DNA of 14,763 nt from NCBI GenBank assembly GCA_040752415.1, contig JBFMGU010000261.1:1-14763 (forward strand). The letters run 5' to 3'. This document shows, piece by piece, positions 8,890 to 14,763 of this stretch (position 1 is the stretch's first letter; each line of letters opens with the position of its first letter). A program made the position numbers and the translations under genes. The stretch comes from Myxococcota bacterium. Lineage in GTDB: Bacteria > Myxococcota > JACRCW01. A model generated the notes under the pieces. It searched no databases, was not told the DNA's origin, and saw only the letters and a list, made by a program, of their open reading frames with translations.

Positions 8890-9923
8890 TGTTCGAGGAG
8901 CTGTTCGGCATCCTGCTGGCGGTGTCGACGGGCGCGCTGGTGGTGGGCGTGGCCCTGATCTGGGACCGTCGTGTCCGTCGTCAGCCCGCGTTGGCTGCCG
9001 CCGCGCCGGATACCGGGCAGGGCGCGCGGGAGCTACTGAAGCGCGTGCGTCGCATCGAGATTGCCTCGCGGCGCACCGTGAATGACCAGCTCGCCGGCAG
9101 CTACCACAGCATCTTCAAGGGACGCGGCATGGCCTTCGCGGACGTGCGTCCTTACGCCCCTGGCGACGAGATCCGCTTCATTGACTGGAACGTGACGGCG
9201 CGGACGGGGGAGCTGCACGTCAAGCAGTTCGTCGAGGAGCGCGAGCTGACCGTGTTCCTCGCCGTGGACCTCAGCGCTTCGCTGGATTTCGGCACGCGGG
9301 GGCGCAAGAAGCGGGAGCTGGCGGCGGAGCTGGCGGCCATGCTGGCCATGAGCGCCATGCGGAACCAGGACAAGGTGGGCCTCATCACGTTCACCGACCG
9401 CGTGGAGACGTTCCTGCCGCCCAAGAAGGGTCGTGGGCAGGTGCTGCGCGTGATCCGCGAGGTGCTGGCGGCGCGCGCGCAGGGGCAGCGCACCGACTTC
9501 ACCGAGGCGCTCAAGTGGCTCAGCCAGGCGGCCAAGCGTCAGGCCGTGGTGTTCCTCATCAGCGACTTCGCCGGCGCATTCTGCGGCCCCGGCGGCGACG
9601 CGGAGGAGAAGGCGCTGCGCACCACCGCGCGTCGACACGACCTGATCTGCATGGAGGTGGTGGACCCTCTCGAAGAGGCGCTCCCCGCCGTGGGGCTCCT
9701 CGAGGTGCGTGACGCGGAGACCGGCAGGCGCCAGGTCATCGACACCACCAGTGCGCACGTGCGCCAGGCCTACCAGATGCGCCTTGCCGACGAGCGGGCG
9801 CAGCGCGCGGAGCGGTTCCGTCGGCTCAGCGTGGATCACCTGGTGCTGCACACCGGGCAGGACAACCAGCGCACGCTGGTGAAGTTCTTTGCCACGCGGG
9901 CGCGTCGGGCGGCGCGCGGCTGA
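8889..9923 (+). CDS. DUF58 (VWA-like) MoxR partner protein with an N-terminal hydrophobic segment
   Basis: GSYHSIFKGRGMAFADVRPYAPGDEIRFIDWNVTAR...VKQFVEERE, MIDAS-like VDLSAS and VVFLISDF. The TGATG stop/start overlap with moxR indicates translational coupling. Confidence 0.93.
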   Translation: MFEELFGILLAVSTGALVVGVALIWDRRVRRQPALAAAAPDTGQGARELLKRVRRIEIASRRTVNDQLAGSYHSIFKGRGMAFADVRPYAPGDEIRFIDWNVTARTGELHVKQFVEERELTVFLAVDLSASLDFGTRGRKKRELAAELAAMLAMSAMRNQDKVGLITFTDRVETFLPPKKGRGQVLRVIREVLAARAQGQRTDFTEALKWLSQAAKRQAVVFLISDFAGAFCGPGGDAEEKALRTTARRHDLICMEVVDPLEEALPAVGLLEVRDAETGRRQVIDTTSAHVRQAYQMRLADERAQRAERFRRLSVDHLVLHTGQDNQRTLVKFFATRARRAARG

Positions 9924-9925
9924 GC

Positions 9926-10678
9926 CTACCGTCGCAGTCGACGACGAGAGAGGATCTCGTTCACCTGGTCGCGCGCGGCGTCGGGAGCGGTGGTGCGAAC
10001 CGTCTGCGCGAGCGCCTTGGTGGGGACGTGGTTGGCCAGGAAGTAGTAGTCAGTGGCGATCCGGGCGAGGGGAACGAGACGCCCCGCCAGCGGCTCAGGC
10101 AGGGCCTTGACGTCGGTGATCTCGAGATAGCGACGTGCCGGCCCAATCCGCTTGCGCGGCTGCTCCTCCCGCTCGAACGCTTCCACGATCTCTTCCTCGA
10201 CGAACGCGCGCAGCACGGCGATGTGCGGGCGGTCCTTGGGGCGGTTGACGGCGAGCTTGTTGGCCAACAGGTCGAACGGATCCGCCACCAGCACGGAGAG
10301 GCCGGGGAGGCTGCGGAACTGGAACTCCCGGGCGAGGCGTTGGACCAGCTCGGGGTCGGGCAGGCCTTTGGACGACGAGAGGACGTTGACCTCCTTGCCT
10401 TCCCACTCGAACACGGCCACGGGGAGATTGCGCGCCTTGGGCTCCTTGAGAATGGGCACGCCCGCCCGACGCACCTTGTCCACCACGACGTAGAGGTCCA
10501 TGGCCGAGGTGTAGACATCCAGGTCCGCGGAGAGCACCTCGACACCGCGCAGGCGACCGTAGGCGCCTACCGCGCAGCCGCCGATCACCGAGAACGGCAC
10601 CGCCTCCCCGACGAGAAAACGCAGGAACGGCGCGAAGTCCTCTAGAGAATGTGAACCTTTCTTGGCGGTGGTGGACAT
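9926..10678 (-). CDS. Nucleotidyltransferase of the Pol-beta-like AbiEii/MenT/DUF6036-type group; putative toxin
   Basis: VIGGCAVGAYG...LSADLDVY (GG-x-A plus DxD metal-binding motif) and LLANKLAVNRPKD (K...RxKD motif). The probable start is ATG 10678 (MSTTAKKG), which lies inside the upstream small ORF. 250 aa. Confidence 0.75.
   Translation of the reverse strand: MSTTAKKGSHSLEDFAPFLRFLVGEAVPFSVIGGCAVGAYGRLRGVEVLSADLDVYTSAMDLYVVVDKVRRAGVPILKEPKARNLPVAVFEWEGKEVNVLSSSKGLPDPELVQRLAREFQFRSLPGLSVLVADPFDLLANKLAVNRPKDRPHIAVLRAFVEEEIVEAFEREEQPRKRIGPARRYLEITDVKALPEPLAGRLVPLARIATDYYFLANHVPTKALAQTVRTTAPDAARDQVNEILSRRRLRR
9972..9993 (+). repeat. 22-bp exact direct repeat, copy 1
   Basis: CGCGCGGCGTCGGGAGCGGTGG, identical to 14159-14180. 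Confidence 0.85.
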
Positions 10679-10881
10679 ATCTCGCAGAACTCCCGGTAGC
10701 TCTGGTGGATCTCTTCCACGGACGCCCCGGGCTCCACCTTGGTGGGATCCCACTCGTCCCAGGGGTTGGGGTAGGGCAGGGGTTCACCACGTCGGGCGGC
10801 AGCGCGGTTGGCCGCACGCTCACGCAGCGCTCTCGCTTCCTGCTCGCGCGTCTTCAACCTGGGAGCTTGCCTGCGCTTCAT
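10642..10881 (-). CDS. 79-aa hypothetical protein; putative antitoxin/regulator partner of the nucleotidyltransferase
   Basis: MKRRQAPRLKTREQEARALRERAANRAAARRGEPLPYPNPWDEWDPTKVEPGASVEEIHQSYREFCEICPPPPRKVHIL. It is the last 79 codons of track ORF 10642..12216. It fills the gap upstream of the NTase, overlaps that gene by 37 nt, and has a promoter-like pattern directly before its ATG. Confidence 0.7.
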   Translation of the reverse strand: MKRRQAPRLKTREQEARALRERAANRAAARRGEPLPYPNPWDEWDPTKVEPGASVEEIHQSYREFCEICPPPPRKVHIL

Positions 10882-10916
10882 GACGTCATGATGCCGGAGC
10901 GGTAGCGACGCTTCAA
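10878..10916 (-). promoter_or_regulatory. Leaderless sigma70-like promoter with an overlapping 14-bp palindrome (candidate operator)
   Basis: Minus strand reads TTGAAG (10916-10911), 17 nt spacer, CATCAT (10893-10888), 6 nt, ATG (10881). No Shine-Dalgarno sequence is visible. A perfect palindrome TCATGACGTCATGA spans 10878-10891. Confidence 0.55.
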
Positions 10917-11034
10917 CCAGCCCCTCGCGGTCCGGCCCGGATGCCGGGGTGACGCCACCCGTGCAAACCGGACGTGAAGCGGCTAGGAGAGCGCTCCCCG
11001 TCGCGGTTGGCGGGCGCTTCAGTGAGAGGATGGC

Positions 11035-12141
11035 ATGGGCTTCAAGTGCGGCATCGTGGGTCTCCCGAACGTGGGCAAGAGCACGCTCTTCAACGCGCTC
11101 TCCAACGCCAAGGCGCAGGCGGCGAACTATCCGTTCTGCACCATCGACCCCAACGTGGGCATCGTGCCGGTGCCAGATCCCCGGTTTGACGCGCTGGTGA
11201 ACCAGGCCGCGCCGCAGAGCGTGGTCCCCTCCACGCTGGAGTTCGTCGACATTGCCGGCCTGGTGCGCGGCGCCAGCAAGGGTGAAGGCCTGGGCAACCA
11301 GTTCCTGGGTCACATCCGTGAGACCGACGCCGTGGTGCACGTGGTCCGCTGCTTCAGGGACGAGAACGTGGTGCACGTGGACGGGAGCGTGAACCCGCTG
11401 CGTGACGTCGAGACGATCGAGGCTGAGCTGCTGCTGGCGGACCTGGCCACCGTGGAAAAGCGCCTGGATGCCGCGCGCAAGAAGGCCAAGGGCGGCGTGG
11501 CGGCGGACAAGAAGGCCGCGGAGGCGCTGGAGGCCATCTACGCGGAGCTGCAGAAGGGCAATCCCGCACGCAGCGTCCAACTGGATGACGACGGCCAGGA
11601 GGCCATGCGCCAGCTCCACCTGCTGACCGCCAAGCCCACGCTCTTCGTCGCCAACGTGGCCGAAAGCGAGATCCACGACGCGCTGGCGGGCAAGCACCCA
11701 CTGGTGAACGAGGTGAAGAAGCTGGCGGAGCCTCGCGGCGCCAAGGTGGTGCCCATCTGCGCGGAGCTGGAGGCGCAGATCCAGGCGCTGGCGCCCGAGG
11801 AGCGGAAGGAGTTCCTGGCCGCCGCGGGCCTGGAGGAGCCGGGCCTGAACCGCCTGGTGCGTGAGGGCTACGCGCTCTTGAGCCTGATCACCTACTTCAC
11901 CGTGGGCCCCAAGGAGGTCCGCGCCTGGACCATCACCAAGGGCACCAAGGCGCCGGGCGCCGCCGGCAAGATCCACAGCGACTTCGAGCGCGGCTTCATC
12001 AAGGCCGAGGTGATCTGGTGGGAGGACCTGCTGGCGCTGAAGACGGAAGCGGCGTGCCGCGCGGCGGGCAAGCTGGCCATGGAAGGGAAGGAATACGTCG
12101 TGCGGGATGGCGACGTGATGCACTTCAAGTTCAACGTGTGA
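11035..12141 (+). CDS. ychF: Ribosome-binding ATPase YchF (Obg family)
   Basis: [79 protein letters not shown] and [26 protein letters not shown] upstream as a ribosome-binding site. Confidence 0.98.
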   Translation: MGFKCGIVGLPNVGKSTLFNALSNAKAQAANYPFCTIDPNVGIVPVPDPRFDALVNQAAPQSVVPSTLEFVDIAGLVRGASKGEGLGNQFLGHIRETDAVVHVVRCFRDENVVHVDGSVNPLRDVETIEAELLLADLATVEKRLDAARKKAKGGVAADKKAAEALEAIYAELQKGNPARSVQLDDDGQEAMRQLHLLTAKPTLFVANVAESEIHDALAGKHPLVNEVKKLAEPRGAKVVPICAELEAQIQALAPEERKEFLAAAGLEEPGLNRLVREGYALLSLITYFTVGPKEVRAWTITKGTKAPGAAGKIHSDFERGFIKAEVIWWEDLLALKTEAACRAAGKLAMEGKEYVVRDGDVMHFKFNV

Positions 12142-12148
12142 GTCGCGC

Positions 12149-14020
12149 TCACCAGACCACCGGCACCGCGTCGGCGGCGGACTGGTCCTGGTTGGAGCCG
12201 TTGCCCAGCCGCCCACGCAGCATCCATCCCCAGCACCTCACGTCGCTCCCGCCGAACGCGGCGCAGGAGTGTCCCGTGCCCGTGGCCACACTGACGACGA
12301 CGTTGGTGGGGACACCCTGGATGGCGGTCGGCGCGGCCTGAGGCGTGGGGCCCGTCCGCCCGGCCTGGTCGTGGTCGTTGTTGCCCCAGCACCGGAGAGC
12401 AGGGGCCGGGTCCGGGCTGACGCCGCAGGCGTGTCGCGCATCCGCCCCGGTGGTGACGGAGGTGAACCCGTCGAGCTCGACGATGTCGGCCGGAACCGAG
12501 GTGCCGAAGGTGACCGTGCCCCCACCGTGCTGCTTGTCAAAGTTGGAGCCCCAACACACCACGCCGGAGCCGGGGAGGGATGCGCAGGTGTGGGACGTGC
12601 CCGTGTGCAGCTCGTCCGCAACCAGGTGTTCCCCCTGCGCGTCTTCCACCGGGGCCGGGTTCCACGGAGAGGTCTGGCCGTTCGCCGCCTGGTGGTACGT
12701 GTCATAGCCCCAGCACCACACGTGCCCCCCGACGTCGATGGCGCAGCTATGCGCGCCCCCCAGGGCCACCCGTGAGACGGCGCCCATCCCGAACAGGGCG
12801 GAGACCATCACCGGAGTGGCCTGGTCCTGGCCCACCTGGGAGCCGCCATCCGGCCGTCCCCCCACACCAAGACGGCCGTCGTCGCCGGCACCCCAGCAGA
12901 ACAGAGCCCCGTCGCTGGCGCGGATGGCGCACGTGTGCGCGGAACCGCACGCCACCTGGCTTGCAGCGTCTCCCCAGGCCACCATCGCGGGGACGCTGGC
13001 GTCGTCGAATGTGCCGTTTCCAAGCTGGCCGCGTTGATTGGCACCCCAACACCACACTTGTCCGCCGGACACCGCGCAGGTGTGGTTTCCGCCCGCGCAG
13101 ATGCTGTCCACGGGGCCCAGCCCGGTGGCGGTGGTGACCCTGACGGGTCGGGTCTGGAGGCCGCCCGCGGTGGCGTCGTCGCCAAGCTGTCCGCGGGAGT
13201 CGTCACCCCAGCAGCGGATGGAGCCGGTGCTGATGACGGCGCAGGTGTGCGCGGCTCCGGCGGACAGACCCACCACGGAGTCGCACTGCGACGCTCCATC
13301 CACGCAGCCCACCGGGCACGACACGTAGTTGTTGCTCCACTGCCCGTTCTCGCAGAGCTGGAGCGCGTCGGCGTCACACCGGCCCACACCGGGGGTGCAC
13401 CCGTCGCTGGACGTGCTGGAAGAGGACGAGCCCGTGGACGAGGAGGAACCGGTTGCCCCCGACGAGCTTGAGCCGCTGGAGGACGAGCTGGAGCTCGACG
13501 ACGAAGAACTGCTGGACGCGGAGGAGGAAGCCGAGGAGGCGCCCGACGAGCCCGTGGTGCTGACCGCTGAGGACGCGCCGCTGCTGCTCGACGCGCTGCT
13601 GGAGGTGTTGCCGGCGCTGGAAGAAGTGAGCCCCGACGACGACGTGGAACCGGAGCTGCTCGTCCCCGTGGACGTGGCGGAGGACGTGGCGGTCGTCGCC
13701 GTGGAGGAGGACGTGCTGCTGGTGGAGGACGCTCCCGACGACGACGTGGCAGTCGAGGCCCCTCCCGAGGACGACCCGGAGGCGGAGCTGGACGAACCGC
13801 CGGAGGATGATGAGCTGGCGGCGGAGGAGGTGGTGCCCGTGGTGGTTGCAGGGGCGTCAATCTCGCTTGCGTGCACGCAGCGGCCGTCGTGACAGGAGAA
13901 GCCCGCGGCGGGGTCGCAGTCCGCGTCGGAGGAGCACGGTGGGCTCCCGGCGATGAGACGACAACTGGTGAGCACCAGGCCCAACCCCAGCGCGACCACC
14001 CGCCACCCGACCACGCCCAT
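12149..14020 (-). CDS. Lipoprotein with Cys-rich modules, a Ser/Thr-rich linker and a 7-repeat RCC1/BLIP-II beta-propeller
   Basis: ATG 14020 gives the signal peptide MGVVGWRVVALGLGLVLTS-C (lipobox LTSC). It is followed by CSSDADC...FSCHDGRC, about 150 aa of S/T/G/A, a second Cys module CTPGVGRC...CPVGC...QC, and seven G..H(T/S/A)C...CWG...G repeats. 623 aa. Confidence 0.88.
   Translation of the reverse strand: MGVVGWRVVALGLGLVLTSCRLIAGSPPCSSDADCDPAAGFSCHDGRCVHASEIDAPATTTGTTSSAASSSSSGGSSSSASGSSSGGASTATSSSGASSTSSTSSSTATTATSSATSTGTSSSGSTSSSGLTSSSAGNTSSSASSSSGASSAVSTTGSSGASSASSSASSSSSSSSSSSSSSGSSSSGATGSSSSTGSSSSSTSSDGCTPGVGRCDADALQLCENGQWSNNYVSCPVGCVDGASQCDSVVGLSAGAAHTCAVISTGSIRCWGDDSRGQLGDDATAGGLQTRPVRVTTATGLGPVDSICAGGNHTCAVSGGQVWCWGANQRGQLGNGTFDDASVPAMVAWGDAASQVACGSAHTCAIRASDGALFCWGAGDDGRLGVGGRPDGGSQVGQDQATPVMVSALFGMGAVSRVALGGAHSCAIDVGGHVWCWGYDTYHQAANGQTSPWNPAPVEDAQGEHLVADELHTGTSHTCASLPGSGVVCWGSNFDKQHGGGTVTFGTSVPADIVELDGFTSVTTGADARHACGVSPDPAPALRCWGNNDHDQAGRTGPTPQAAPTAIQGVPTNVVVSVATGTGHSCAAFGGSDVRCWGWMLRGRLGNGSNQDQSAADAVPVVW
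13400..13850 (-). repeat. Low-complexity Ser/Thr/Gly/Ala-coding tract
   Basis: Degenerate runs of TCC/TCG/AGC/ACG codons encoding poly-Ser/Thr inside the RCC1 lipoprotein gene. It is not a perfect tandem repeat. Boundaries are approximate. Confidence 0.85.
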
Positions 14021-14077
14021 GATCCTGCCGCCTTTCGGTCTGGAGCGCTCCCCAGTGCAAAGCGTATGCTGCCACGC

Positions 14078-14763
14078 ATGGTTACCCGCTTGCATCTCCG
14101 CCCGTCGTCGACGCTGGGCCCCGCATGCCTGGTGTTGATGCTCGCGGGCGGTGTGGCACGCGCGGCGTCGGGAGCGGTGGCGGTGTACCCGTTGGCGGCC
14201 AAGGCCGGGGTCCCGCAGCCCACCGCGGACCTGGTGACCGAGGCGCTGGTGAACGAGGTGCGCGCCAGCGCGGTGTTCTCCCGCGTGATGAGCCCCAGGG
14301 ACATGGAGGCCATGGGCGACCAGGACGCGGTGCGCCAATGCACCAGCGAGGCGTGCATGCTCGAGATGGCTGGCGCGTTCGGGGCGGATTACGCGCTGTT
14401 CGGGACCGTGGGCCAGGTGGGCAGCTCCTACCTGGTGAACCTCAAGCTGATGAGCGTCAGGGAGCTGCGCATTGCCGGGACCGCCTCGCAGCGCGCGGCC
14501 GCGGCCAGCGCGGAGAGTCTGCTGGACGCCACACGACCCGCCGTCCACAGCATGCTCCAGCAGGCGGGCCTCATGCGCGCGTCGTCAAAGGACAGGTCAC
14601 AAGTCGCCACCGCACCCCGGAAGAGGCTCAACCCCCTGCTGGCGGGCCTGGGCGTCGGTGGGGTTGTGGCGGGGTTGGGCGCGGGCGTCGTGTCCCTGGC
14701 GTGCCTGGCGGCCGCGGTGGCCATTCGCGCCTCCCTCGAGGTGGTGCCGGGCTCCGGTCGCTT
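14078..14763 (+). CDS. Exported/membrane protein with a TolB-N/CsgG-like alpha/beta domain, 3'-truncated (absent from the ORF track)
   Basis: Translated by hand, open to the window end: MVTRLHLRPSSTLGPACLVLMLAGGVARA-ASGAVAVYPLAAKAGVPQPTADLVTEALVNEVR...CTSEACMLEMAGAFGADYALFGTVGQVGSSYLVNLKLMSV...PLLAGLGVGGVVAGLGAGVVSLACLAAAVAI. It has a signal peptide ending in ARA, a C-x4-C...GADY..G.VG..G..Y.VNLKL pattern that I recognise from myxobacterial exported proteins, and a Gly-rich hydrophobic helix. Confidence 0.8.
   Translation, partial: MVTRLHLRPSSTLGPACLVLMLAGGVARAASGAVAVYPLAAKAGVPQPTADLVTEALVNEVRASAVFSRVMSPRDMEAMGDQDAVRQCTSEACMLEMAGAFGADYALFGTVGQVGSSYLVNLKLMSVRELRIAGTASQRAAAASAESLLDATRPAVHSMLQQAGLMRASSKDRSQVATAPRKRLNPLLAGLGVGGVVAGLGAGVVSLACLAAAVAIRASLEVVPGSGR
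14159..14180 (+). repeat. 22-bp exact direct repeat, copy 2
   Basis: CGCGCGGCGTCGGGAGCGGTGG, identical to 9972-9993. Confidence 0.85.

Noticed and set aside
4363..9851. Long alternative-frame and antisense ORFs (e.g. 4363..5325, 5615..6583, 6804..8036, 7834..8799, 9033..9851)
   Set aside because: These are shadow ORFs expected in high-GC DNA. Each overlaps a gene with clear family motifs and has none of its own.
10882..12216. 524-aa minus-strand ORF 10642..12216 as a full gene
   Set aside because: Most of it is the antisense shadow of the highly conserved ychF. Only the last 79 codons (from ATG 10881) look like a real gene.
13329..13892. 187-aa extremely Asp/Glu-rich plus-strand ORF
   Set aside because: It is the antisense reading of the Ser/Thr linker: TCC/TCG/ACG codon runs give GAG/GAC/GTG on the other strand. 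There is no independent evidence of expression.
14021..14548. N-terminal 176-aa extension of the RCC1 ORF in the track
   Set aside because: It is antisense to the plus-strand gene starting at 14078, and the signal peptide and lipobox begin at ATG 14020.
1..14763. CRISPR array, tRNA/rRNA, IS element or prophage
   Set aside because: I saw no regularly spaced repeats, RNA gene signatures, transposase, integrase or phage genes, and all intergenic gaps are about 150 bp or shorter.

Overview
Compact, very GC-rich bacterial window whose gene content points to Myxococcota. In order: a 5'-truncated giant coiled-coil gene resembling the gliding-motility protein AglZ; an atypical NAD(H) kinase; rsmB on the minus strand; an S51-family serine peptidase; a MoxR ATPase coupled to a membrane-anchored DUF58 protein; a two-gene minus-strand module (79-aa basic protein plus a 250-aa AbiEii/MenT-like nucleotidyltransferase); ychF; a lipoprotein with a Ser/Thr stalk and seven RCC1 repeats; and a 3'-truncated exported TolB-N/CsgG-like membrane protein. 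The best candidate for an undescribed system is the two-gene module. Its small ORF is hidden inside an antisense ORF in the supplied track. It has a leaderless sigma70-like promoter and a perfect 14-bp palindrome over the -10 box and start codon, as expected for an autoregulated toxin-antitoxin or abortive-infection module. An exact 22-bp direct repeat (9972/14159) is unexplained. I saw no RNA genes, CRISPR arrays, transposases or integrases. Family assignments come from motif recognition and memory, not from database searches.
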